Origin: Candidatus Flemingiibacterium sp.
Lineage (GTDB): Bacteria > Bacillota > Clostridia > Oscillospirales > CAG-272
Length of the DNA stretch: 64,000 nt
Reading direction: 5' to 3'
Assembly: GCA_045534235.1 (NCBI GenBank)
Contig: JAZSJI010000089.1
Location: 15,877 to 79,876 of the forward strand
The translations under genes were made by a program, and so were the position numbers. Position 1 is the first letter of the stretch. Each line of letters begins with the position of its first letter. This document shows, in pieces, positions 55,257-63,632 of this stretch. The notes under the pieces were generated by a model. That model did no database searches and was not told where the DNA came from. It saw only the letters and a list, made by a program, of their open reading frames with translations.

Positions 55257-55811
55257 TTATTTTCTGCTTAAAACCGTAATATAAACGCGTCCGTAACGGT
55301 TCTGCTTTTCTACGGTGTACTTATCTGCAAGGCTTTCGTCACCGCAGAAAATATCGTCCGTTTCATCTTCACAGAATATCCACGCACCGTCGGCGAGGAG
55401 CTCGGACTCTGCGAGCTTTTCGAGAGCCGACTTTAGCATACCGCTTCCGTACGGCGGATCGAGGAAGATGAAGTCAAACTTTTCGCCCTTCGTGCCGCGG
55501 ATATAGTCTGCATAATCCATCGTAACGACGCGGCAACGCTCCCAAAGGCGCGTTTTCTGCGCGTTCTGCTTAATTATTGCCGTAGCGTCGGCGGAGCGGT
55601 CAACGAGATGCGCCTTCTCTGCACCGCGCGAGAGTGCCTCAAGTCCGAGCTGACCGCTTCCCGCAAAAAGATCGAGCACGTGAGCGTCGGGCAGATCGAA
55701 CTGTATCATACTGAATATTGCTTCCTTTACGCGCTCTGCGGTCGGACGCGTTGCCTCGCCCTCAAGCGTTGCAAGCTTTATGCCGCGTGCGCTTCCTGTT
55801 ATTATTCTCAT
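55257..55811 (-). CDS. rsmD: 16S rRNA (guanine966-N2)-methyltransferase RsmD
   Basis: MRIITGSARG, RPTAERVKEA, DLFAGSGQLGLEALSRGA and LDPPY. Confidence 0.93.
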   Translation of the reverse strand: MRIITGSARGIKLATLEGEATRPTAERVKEAIFSMIQFDLPDAHVLDLFAGSGQLGLEALSRGAEKAHLVDRSADATAIIKQNAQKTRLWERCRVVTMDYADYIRGTKGEKFDFIFLDPPYGSGMLKSALEKLAESELLADGAWIFCEDETDDIFCGDESLADKYTVEKQNRYGRVYITVLSRK

Positions 55812-55813
55812 TG

Positions 55814-57700
55814 TTATGACTGTTCCTTTCTATCGTTCACGGATTTTTTATCCTGATTTCTGTAAAATTCGATTATAGCGTCTGCATTTGCACTGCTGAT
55901 ACCGGGCACTCTTATAAGCTCGCTCTTATCCGCCTTTTTAATAGCCGCGATACTGCGAAAATGTGAGAGCAGGCTCTTTGCCTTTATAGTGCCGATGCCG
56001 TCTATTTCTTCAAGCGTTGAATGCTTAAGCGTTTTTGATTTTGCCTTTTCCATTCGGCCTATCGTGTAGCGATGGACCTCCTCCTGGAGCTTGTATACGA
56101 ACTGAAACACCGCTTGCTCACGCGCTATGCTTATCTCACTAATGTCATCGGTAAGTGCGCGCGTTTTGTGAAACTCGTCCTTGACCATACCGAAAACGGG
56201 TATCTCACAGCCAAGCTCTTGCATCAGCTCACGCACGACGGATACGTGTCCCTTACCGCCGTCAAGCAGGATAAGGTCAGGCGCCGCGCCAAACGAATCG
56301 TCCGACAGATGCGACAGTCTGCGCGAAAGCGCCTCGCGCGTCGCGCCGTAGTCGTCGATACCGTCGGTAGTTTTAATTTTAAACGTACGGTAGTCGGACT
56401 TTTTGAATTTCGTGCCGTCGGTGACTACCATACCTGCGGTTATATTATCCTTACCGAAGTTCGATATGTCATACGCCTCGATGCGCTCGGGAACGACCTC
56501 GAGTGCGAGCATCGACGCAAGCTTGACAAGCAGCTTGTTGTCCTTCTCAGACTGTGCCTTGTATAGCATCGCCTGTTGCTTCGCGTTGTCGTATACCATC
56601 TCGCAAAGACGTCTGCGATCTCCTCGCTCGGGCGTGCGTATATCAGGCTTGTAGCCAACGCGTGCGCGTATAGTTTCGACGAGTGCTTCAAGCTCGTTTT
56701 CGGGGAGCGTAAAATCGAGAATTATCTCGTGCGGCACGTACTCGCGGATGTTGTAAAGCTCCGAGAGGAACGCCGACATATTTTCTTCGTCAATAATCTT
56801 CTCTGCCGGGAACGTGAAATGCTCGCTGTCGGTTATACTTCCGCCGCGAATATAAAACACGGATATGCACGAGCAGACCTCGTCGCTGTAAAGCGCGATA
56901 ACGTCCTGCTCCTCGTCGGGCGCGCCGACGACCTTCTGGCGTTGCCAGAGCTTTGAGAGCGCGTCTATGCGGTCGCGGTAACGCGCCGCCGCCTCGAACA
57001 TTAAATTGTCCGACGCATACTCCATTTTCTCGCGAAGCGAGTCCTCGCACTCGCGAAACGAGCCGCGAAGGAAGGTGTTTATTTCTTTGAAAATCGCTTT
57101 GTAATCCTCACTCGAAACCTGTCCCGTGCAAGGAGCGACGCAAAGACCGATGTGATGATTGAGGCAAGGACGCTCCTTACCGATATCACGCGGAAATTCG
57201 CGGTTACACGACGCAATTCCAAACGATTTCTGCACCGTACCGAGTATGCTATAAACCGCGGAAATGCTTGAATACGGGCCGTAATACCTCGCGCCGTCGG
57301 CAAGACGCTTTCGCGTCACCGTCAGGCGAGGGTACTCGTCGTTCATTGTTAGTTTAATATACGGATAGGATTTAGCATCCTTGAGTCTGATATTGTATTT
57401 CGGCGCGTACTGCTTGATAAGGCTGTTCTCGAGTGACAGTGCTTCAATCTCCGTGTCGGTGAGGATATAGTCGAAGCTGTCGACGCTCATCACCATTCGA
57501 CGAGTTTTTTCGTTGTGATGCGCCGACTCGTGGAAATACTGCGACACGCGGTTCTTAAGCGAGCGCGACTTGCCGACGTACACGACCTTGCCGCCCTTGT
57601 CGCGCATTATATAAACGCCGGGACGAAGCGGAAGCGAATTGGCTTTTTCAAGTAGCTGTGCACGCTTCTCTTGCGTTTTTTGTGACATCTGCACGTCCAT
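55814..57700 (-). CDS. uvrC: Excinuclease ABC subunit C
   Basis: GIY-YIG domain (PGVYIMRDKGGKVVYVGKS), UVR domain, endonuclease V-like domain and a C-terminal (HhH)2. The start is ATG at 57700 or at 57688. Confidence 0.93.
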   Translation of the reverse strand: MDVQMSQKTQEKRAQLLEKANSLPLRPGVYIMRDKGGKVVYVGKSRSLKNRVSQYFHESAHHNEKTRRMVMSVDSFDYILTDTEIEALSLENSLIKQYAPKYNIRLKDAKSYPYIKLTMNDEYPRLTVTRKRLADGARYYGPYSSISAVYSILGTVQKSFGIASCNREFPRDIGKERPCLNHHIGLCVAPCTGQVSSEDYKAIFKEINTFLRGSFRECEDSLREKMEYASDNLMFEAAARYRDRIDALSKLWQRQKVVGAPDEEQDVIALYSDEVCSCISVFYIRGGSITDSEHFTFPAEKIIDEENMSAFLSELYNIREYVPHEIILDFTLPENELEALVETIRARVGYKPDIRTPERGDRRRLCEMVYDNAKQQAMLYKAQSEKDNKLLVKLASMLALEVVPERIEAYDISNFGKDNITAGMVVTDGTKFKKSDYRTFKIKTTDGIDDYGATREALSRRLSHLSDDSFGAAPDLILLDGGKGHVSVVRELMQELGCEIPVFGMVKDEFHKTRALTDDISEISIAREQAVFQFVYKLQEEVHRYTIGRMEKAKSKTLKHSTLEEIDGIGTIKAKSLLSHFRSIAAIKKADKSELIRVPGISSANADAIIEFYRNQDKKSVNDRKEQS

Positions 57701-57820
57701 AAATCCACCGCCCTTCACCACACATTTTAAAGAAAAGGCGGACCGATGCCAGAAATGCACTGCGGTCCGTCAAAACTATTAAATCTACCGCGCCAATGCG
57801 CGACTTAACACCTATGGCTA

Positions 57821-58084
57821 TTATTCGCCAAAGCCGGTGTCGATAAGCTCGCACAGACCGTCGAGAGCAGCATTCTCATCACTGCCGTCAGCGATAAGAG
57901 TGATGGTCATTCCCTTGGTGATACCGAGAGAAAGCACGCCGAGAAGGCTCTTCGCGTTAACACGTCTGTCTTCCTTCTCAACCCAAAGAGAACTCTGGAA
58001 GGAATTTGCCTTCTGGATAAAGAACGTAGCAGGTCTTGCGTGAAGACCGACGTTATTCTGAATAGTGACGTTACGGGATATCAT
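57821..58084 (-). CDS. ptsH: Phosphocarrier protein HPr
   Basis: GLHARPA (His15 site) and NAKSLLGVLSLG (Ser46 site). 87 aa. No ptsI is adjacent. Confidence 0.93.
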   Translation of the reverse strand: MISRNVTIQNNVGLHARPATFFIQKANSFQSSLWVEKEDRRVNAKSLLGVLSLGITKGMTITLIADGSDENAALDGLCELIDTGFGE

Positions 58085-58365
58085 AGTTATACGCTCCTAA
58101 CATAAAAATGAAGATTATTTATTAAAGGTAAGATTTTGCAATTTAAAATCGTATGAGACTCGCAAATGCTCACACTACTAATATATCGATTATAGTATAT
58201 CATTTTTGAAAAATAAAATCAATAGTTTTTTTGCATATAATTTAACACTACAAAGTACATTTTCTCTGTGTTTTGCAGAAGTTTGACCATTTTTGAGGCT
58301 GTTTTATGGAAATATTTTACAAACGCGAGGTAAATCGTCTTTGCAATGATATTTTTTGTTTTTCC

Positions 58366-58395
58366 TTGACATCATACCGACCATTATGCTAAAAT
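58366..58395 (+). promoter_or_regulatory. Promoter of the first oxidoreductase paralog (TTGACA-N18-TGcTAAAAT)
   Basis: Hexamers at 58366-58371 and 58390-58395, with an upstream TG. Confidence 0.55.
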
Positions 58396-58430
58396 GAAGT
58401 AACGAACTCTATTCCAAAGGAGCATCAGCA

Positions 58431-59408
58431 ATGGATAATGTAAAGATAGCGATACTCGGTTCGGGCAGTATAGCACACGCTATGGCAAAGGCAATGCAAT
58501 TCGTTCCAAATGCGGAAATTCATTCGGTTGCCTCGCGAAACTTCGATAAGGCGGTAAAATTCTCAAAGGAATTCGACGTGCCAAACGTATACACCTTCGA
58601 TGAGGCAATTGCCGATTCCACACCCGACCTCTACTACATAGCACTTCCCCACGTCCAGCATTACGAATACGCAAAAAAATGTCTGCTCGCAGGCAAGAAC
58701 GTGCTCTGCGAAAAGCCAATGTGTATAAACACGGCGCTTGCCGAGGAGCTCTATGAGATTGCAAAAGAAAAGGGAGTATTCTTCGCCGACAATATGTGGA
58801 CGCGCTTCCTTCCTGCTGTCAACATAGTAAAAAAGCTTATCGCTGACGGTGCTATCGGCGACGTCAAGCACGTATCTGCGGCAATTTCAGAAAATTGCCT
58901 GGGAAGCCGTATGATGACAGATCCCGGGCAAGCCGGCGGAATGTTACTCGACTGCGGCATATACGCGCTTACTTGCATCGACCTTTTGCTTGGTCGGGAT
59001 ATTTCCGATATTCAGACGACCGCTATTCTGTCTGATGAGGGAGTTGACCTGCACAGCGTTACCTCCCTTACCTTCGCCGACAAAAAGACCGCGTCGCTTT
59101 ATATTTCTATGGATTCATTTTTCCCGAATAAAATCTCTGTCGCCGGCGAAAATGGATATCTTGAATTCACCTGCGCCTTCAACTGGAAAAACATCGGAAT
59201 ATACGGCGGCACCGATAGGCTTGTACGCGCCGTGGAAATCCCAGAGCAAAAAGCAGGCGGCTATGAATACATCGTATCTGCCGTGTGTAATGCAATTATC
59301 GCAGGCAAAACCTATTGTAAGGAAAGTACACCCGAGGACACGCTTTACATACTCCGCCTTATGGATACTATCCGCGAAAAGTGGGGACTCAAGTACCCTA
59401 TGGAATAA
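58431..59408 (+). CDS. Gfo/Idh/MocA family oxidoreductase (paralog 1)
   Basis: N-terminal Rossmann fold (KIAILGSGSIAHAMAKAM) and the EKP motif (VLCEKPMC). 325 aa. Confidence 0.88.
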   Translation: MDNVKIAILGSGSIAHAMAKAMQFVPNAEIHSVASRNFDKAVKFSKEFDVPNVYTFDEAIADSTPDLYYIALPHVQHYEYAKKCLLAGKNVLCEKPMCINTALAEELYEIAKEKGVFFADNMWTRFLPAVNIVKKLIADGAIGDVKHVSAAISENCLGSRMMTDPGQAGGMLLDCGIYALTCIDLLLGRDISDIQTTAILSDEGVDLHSVTSLTFADKKTASLYISMDSFFPNKISVAGENGYLEFTCAFNWKNIGIYGGTDRLVRAVEIPEQKAGGYEYIVSAVCNAIIAGKTYCKESTPEDTLYILRLMDTIREKWGLKYPME

Positions 59409-59413
59409 AAGCT

Positions 59414-59451
59414 AAAGGGCTATGCGCTGTATGCGAATAGCCCTTTTCTTT
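59414..59451 (+). terminator. Terminator after paralog 1
   Basis: Stem aagggctat/atagccctt followed by TTCTTTC. Confidence 0.65.
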
Positions 59452-59460
59452 CGCATCAAT

Positions 59461-59567
59461 GTGACATTAGTGTTATATTAGTGTTATATTGATGTTATAT
59501 TAGTACAATGTTGACATTGTTTTAGTGTTATATTGACATTAACGTAACATTGTGGTAAAATTATATT
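59461..59567. repeat. Array of short AT-rich boxes spaced in multiples of 11 bp
   Basis: GTTATATT starts at 59472, 59483, 59494 and 59527, and ATTATATT at 59560 (spacings 11, 11, 33, 33). The K-T-R-ACATT boxes start at 59461, 59511, 59533 and 59544. Confidence 0.7.
59533..59561 (+). promoter_or_regulatory. Promoter of the second oxidoreductase paralog (TTGACA-N17-TAAAAT), embedded in the repeat array
   Basis: TTGACA at 59533-59538 and TAAAAT at 59556-59561. Confidence 0.5.
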
Positions 59568-59622
59568 GAAGTTGCGCTGTTACGTCATGCGCAGCAATAG
59601 TAACCCGAAGGAGTAAAATATT

Positions 59623-60600
59623 ATGGACAAGGTAAAAATAGCAATTTTCGGTACAGGCGGTGTCGCTCACTCTATGGCAAAGGCTATGACGTTTGTCGGA
59701 GATGCCCAATTATACGCGGTCGCTTCTATTGATGATAACGAGTCGAAAAAATTCGCCGAGGAATTCGGTATCCCGAACACACTTACGTACGACGAGGCTA
59801 TAGCAGATCAAAATATCGACCTTTGCTATATCGCCCTGCCGAATATATTTCACTTTGATTATTCCAAAAAGTGCCTTCTTGCAGGCAAGAACGTGCTTTG
59901 TGAAAAGCCGCTTTGCATAAACGCGCGTCAGGCCGAGGAGCTTTACGCTATCGCCAAGGAGAAAAACGTTTTCTTCTCCGACAATATGTGGACGAGATTT
60001 TTGCCCGCAGTCAAGACGGTTAAAAGGCTTATCGACGAGGGCGCGATCGGTGACGTGCATAATTTCTCTGCTTCGATGGCGGGCGATTATACGAAGGGCA
60101 GAAAAATGCCCGATCCATATCAGGCAGGCGGAATATTACTCGACTGCGGAATCTACGTGCTCACCTCTATGGACATTATTCTCGGACGCAAGATTGAAAA
60201 GCTCGAAACAACCGCGCTTCTCTCCGAGCGAGGCGTTGACCTTCGCAGCACTACGGTCTTCAGTTATCCGAACGGCGTGAATGCATCGGTTTTTCTTTCG
60301 ATGGACACCATAAGTCCGTGCAGAATTACCGTCGGCGGCTCAAAGGGATACGTCGATTTCGCTTGCCCGTACAGCTGGCAGGACATCAACTATTTCAACC
60401 GCGAAACCGGTGAACGCAAAAAAATTGAAGTTCCAAAATACGAGGCAGGCGGATACGAATATATAGCTGCCGCAATTTGTAAGGCGATCAAGAACGGCAA
60501 GACGTACTGCGACGAATGCAAGCCTGAGGATACGCTGTATATTCTCCGTCAAATGGATACTCTCCGCGAAAAGTGGGGACTTAAATACCCTATGGAATAA
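59623..60600 (+). CDS. Gfo/Idh/MocA family oxidoreductase (paralog 2)
   Basis: Same length (325 aa) and roughly 60% identity by eye to paralog 1. Both end in the identical REKWGLKYPME. Confidence 0.88.
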   Translation: MDKVKIAIFGTGGVAHSMAKAMTFVGDAQLYAVASIDDNESKKFAEEFGIPNTLTYDEAIADQNIDLCYIALPNIFHFDYSKKCLLAGKNVLCEKPLCINARQAEELYAIAKEKNVFFSDNMWTRFLPAVKTVKRLIDEGAIGDVHNFSASMAGDYTKGRKMPDPYQAGGILLDCGIYVLTSMDIILGRKIEKLETTALLSERGVDLRSTTVFSYPNGVNASVFLSMDTISPCRITVGGSKGYVDFACPYSWQDINYFNRETGERKKIEVPKYEAGGYEYIAAAICKAIKNGKTYCDECKPEDTLYILRQMDTLREKWGLKYPME

Positions 60601-60602
60601 AC

Positions 60603-60645
60603 AAAACCGCGCCTGCATCGCTCGATGCAGGCGCGATATTTTTTA
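60603..60645. terminator. Bidirectional terminator
   Basis: Stem cgcgcctgcatcg/gatgcaggcgcg followed by ATATTTTTT. Confidence 0.8.
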
Positions 60646-61164
60646 CTGTGCTGTGTCGGCAACCTTTTCGATGTCCATTACCGTGAGATTTACCACTATG
60701 CTTGAGCTCTTTACAGTTACGGGGCTGTTGGGTGCGATGTAATTCGAGCCCGCGAGGAAGAAGCCGTCCGCAGTGAACACACCCGTGCAAAGCATCGTTC
60801 CGCGTACGTCGATCTTATCACCACTTACAGTCGTCTTCCCAAGCACGCCGTACTCATCTGCCAAATATATCTCAGCAGGCATAGTCCAAAACTGTTCGAG
60901 CGTTCCAAAGCTGCACTTATGCGTATCGCTGTAGAACTTGTCGCCGTTGTTAAAATGCTCGCCCGAGCTCTCGCTGATGCTGCTTATAAGGAAAGATACG
61001 CGCGCCGTTTCAAGGTTATTGTTGATGGTCACCCGCTCCACAACGCCGGAGCGTACAACTATACCGATAATAGCGGCAATTACCGCGACAATAATAATAA
61101 AGTCGATTATATTAGGCTTTATTTTTTTTGCCTTTTTTGTCACAGGCTTTGTATTCTCGTTCAT
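60643..61164 (-). CDS. DUF4330-like single-pass membrane protein (copy 2)
   Basis: 173 aa. Basic N-terminus, then IIDFIIIVAVIAAIIGIVV as the TM helix, then a ~130-aa beta-rich domain. ATGA overlap with the upstream paralog. RBS GAAGGAGG. Confidence 0.7.
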   Translation of the reverse strand: MNENTKPVTKKAKKIKPNIIDFIIIVAVIAAIIGIVVRSGVVERVTINNNLETARVSFLISSISESSGEHFNNGDKFYSDTHKCSFGTLEQFWTMPAEIYLADEYGVLGKTTVSGDKIDVRGTMLCTGVFTADGFFLAGSNYIAPNSPVTVKSSSIVVNLTVMDIEKVADTAQ

Positions 61165-61682
61165 TGTGCCCCTCCTTCACTCTGTCTTATCTCGGTGCAG
61201 TGACCGTATCCGATGTAATTCGGCGTGCGCACGTACATCGCCGTTCCGACCGAAAGATCGTATCCGCCGCCAACGACGTACCGTCCAAGCTCGTTCACCG
61301 TCGCGTCCGCGCTGACTGTAAGGGCTACGTCGGAATGCTCGGGATAGTCACTAGAAACGGACTCGCCCGTAATAAGGTTAACGCCCGTATAAACTGAGTC
61401 GGTCACGTCAACGGCAACCACCTGACCGATGCGGTAAAGCGCGTTTGCGTCTATAACGCTGTCGCCGACGTTAAAGTTATCTGCAAACTCGTCGCGTATC
61501 GAGCGAAGCTCGATAACGTACTCGATATTTACCGTCTGCACAACAGGGCCGTCCGATTCCTTTTCAGAGAAAAGGAAGAACGCAGCCGCGCCAATAATGG
61601 CAACTATCAGAATAATGACAGCCGCATCAATAGCATTGAATTTATGCTTTTTCTGTGTAGGTTTCATTATATCAATTACCAT
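61161..61682 (-). CDS. DUF4330-like single-pass membrane protein (copy 1)
   Basis: 173 aa with the same architecture (KFNAIDAAVIILIVAIIGAAAFFLF, then a beta-rich domain containing FNVGD). The start (ATG at 61682 or 61667) is uncertain. Confidence 0.7.
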   Translation of the reverse strand: MVIDIMKPTQKKHKFNAIDAAVIILIVAIIGAAAFFLFSEKESDGPVVQTVNIEYVIELRSIRDEFADNFNVGDSVIDANALYRIGQVVAVDVTDSVYTGVNLITGESVSSDYPEHSDVALTVSADATVNELGRYVVGGGYDLSVGTAMYVRTPNYIGYGHCTEIRQSEGGAQ

Positions 61683-61716
61683 AGCCCCCGCCGTACGAAG
61701 GCTTCCTTTCCAAAGC

Positions 61717-63618
61717 TTATATTATTTCCTCACGCGCCGTCATATCAAGCGTTTTGCATATCGCCGTACCAAGTCCGATAAGCAGCCAAAACATAAGGAA
61801 TACACGATAGTTATACCAAATATAATCGGTCACTGCCTGTACAAGCACCGCGACTATACCACAGAATACCGCGTTCGAATACAGCTTTTCTCCGCGTCGC
61901 TCGCTCGTGTGAAGCGTAAAGGCGCTTTGAGACCAGATAAATATGACCGCCAGAAAAGCTACCAGACCGACGATACCAAGTTCGATCGTTATCTGCATAT
62001 AAAGGTTATGCGAATGAGGCGCGTTTTCGATTCCCGAAAATGCATACAAGCGATATACCTTCGTAAACGCTTTCTCGCCAATACCGATACCGCCGCGCCA
62101 ATGGTCCTTTATCATTTCCCATACGGCACTCCAGACACCGGTTCTGTAGATCGTCGAGCCGTCGCTCATATTCCCGATGCTCACAAAGCGTGATATAATA
62201 CTCTGCGGAAGGACAAGCGGTAAAAACGGTACTGAAAATGCGCCAAAGAAAAGCGCCACGAGCGTATTCTTGCTATACATAAGCATAAACAGTATGATGC
62301 CTGCCAAAAAACCAATCCATGCACCGCGCGACCACGTATAGACAAGACAACCAAGCGAGGCAGCAAGCGAGCAAAGCAGCGATATTCTATGCTTTGGCGT
62401 CCTATAGCTCATCGTCGCCGCGAGGATTATCGGAATGCACATAATAAGATATTCGGAAAGCACGTTCGGATTTTCAAAGGTTGAAACCACGCGTCCCGTA
62501 ATATCCTCGAAAAGCCGCGTGTCGTGCCACGTCGTGTCCGCAATCCCGAAAAAGTTTTGGAACAGTCCGTAAAGCGCCACTACCGTACACGATACAATAA
62601 TTCCGAAAATGCACCTCATCACCCATTCGCGCGAGCGTATAAGATTTACGACAAGGAAATATCCAAGCATAAACACACAGTACACAAGCGCGGGACGGAT
62701 ACTACCATCCGAGCACGCCACAATGCCGCCCATCGCCATAAGCCCAAGGAAAATAAGCACGGCGGCGTCGATAAGATCAAACTTAACCGAGCGCTTTCCG
62801 CGCGCAATCTTGATAAAGAAACAAACGAGCGTATATATCACCGCCGCCACAAGCACCATCGTCGGTGCAAACGGCAAGCACGTGATTATCGCAAGAACTC
62901 CGAATTCAGGCTTTATCAGCACGAGATATGCAACGATGACAGCTAATATAGCAAAAACAAGCGTACGAGGTCTTACTGCAATTGAAGCGATACCAAACAT
63001 CAAGCCTGCTATAAAAGGAATGTCGAATCTATCCCGTCTGGCCGCCCGCCCCTCGAGCGCCTCGCGTCGTATGCCGACGACCTTTAAAAGCATAAAGCTC
63101 GCGGCAGGGCTGGTAAGAAGCGCATTTGCGAGTGTCTGGCGCGATGCTATCATAAGCACCGATGAGATCAGCATCACGATGAGAGTAAGTATATTCGACG
63201 CATTTACCTCGGCAGCACCAAAGTAAAATATTCTAAAGACGTATACGATCGCGCTGTAAAGCGCCGACGAGAAAACGAATATACCGTACGACTTCATCGA
63301 GCTTGAGAGCAGAGAGTCGAGAATGCGTCGCAGAAAATCTAAAATCGCGCTGTTTTCCGTTGCGCGTGAGATTGTGCGCTTTACCGGCGTGAACACTCTG
63401 TCCGAAAGTCTTATGCGCTTGTAAATATCGTGTGCAGCACTTGATTTGGCGCACGAGTTTTCACTCTTGTACGAGGTGAAGATTCCGCCTATCAGACTGC
63501 CCTCAAGCTTACGGTATATCCAATTCGATGCCTTCCCCAAAGCACCGATTATAAGCGACGAGGAAAATTTATTTTTCGCTCTCCCCGATTTAGGTGTCGC
63601 GTCTTTGGTTTTATTCAA
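61717..63618 (-). CDS. O-antigen ligase/polymerase-like (Wzy_C) integral membrane protein
   Basis: 633-aa polytopic protein. A central loop plus helices resemble Wzy_C/O-antigen ligase proteins (SRGAWIGFLAGIILF...NAPHSHNLYMQITIELG). TTG start after GGAGGGAG. Confidence 0.75.
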   Translation of the reverse strand: MNKTKDATPKSGRAKNKFSSSLIIGALGKASNWIYRKLEGSLIGGIFTSYKSENSCAKSSAAHDIYKRIRLSDRVFTPVKRTISRATENSAILDFLRRILDSLLSSSMKSYGIFVFSSALYSAIVYVFRIFYFGAAEVNASNILTLIVMLISSVLMIASRQTLANALLTSPAASFMLLKVVGIRREALEGRAARRDRFDIPFIAGLMFGIASIAVRPRTLVFAILAVIVAYLVLIKPEFGVLAIITCLPFAPTMVLVAAVIYTLVCFFIKIARGKRSVKFDLIDAAVLIFLGLMAMGGIVACSDGSIRPALVYCVFMLGYFLVVNLIRSREWVMRCIFGIIVSCTVVALYGLFQNFFGIADTTWHDTRLFEDITGRVVSTFENPNVLSEYLIMCIPIILAATMSYRTPKHRISLLCSLAASLGCLVYTWSRGAWIGFLAGIILFMLMYSKNTLVALFFGAFSVPFLPLVLPQSIISRFVSIGNMSDGSTIYRTGVWSAVWEMIKDHWRGGIGIGEKAFTKVYRLYAFSGIENAPHSHNLYMQITIELGIVGLVAFLAVIFIWSQSAFTLHTSERRGEKLYSNAVFCGIVAVLVQAVTDYIWYNYRVFLMFWLLIGLGTAICKTLDMTAREEII

Positions 63619-63632
63619 GCAATCTCCCTCCT

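Noticed and set aside
59461-59567. Possible CRISPR array or minisatellite.
   Set aside because: The repeat units are 8-11 bp with no unique spacers, the total length is ~100 bp, and there are no cas genes. The array sits in a promoter region, so it is interpreted as phased regulatory boxes.
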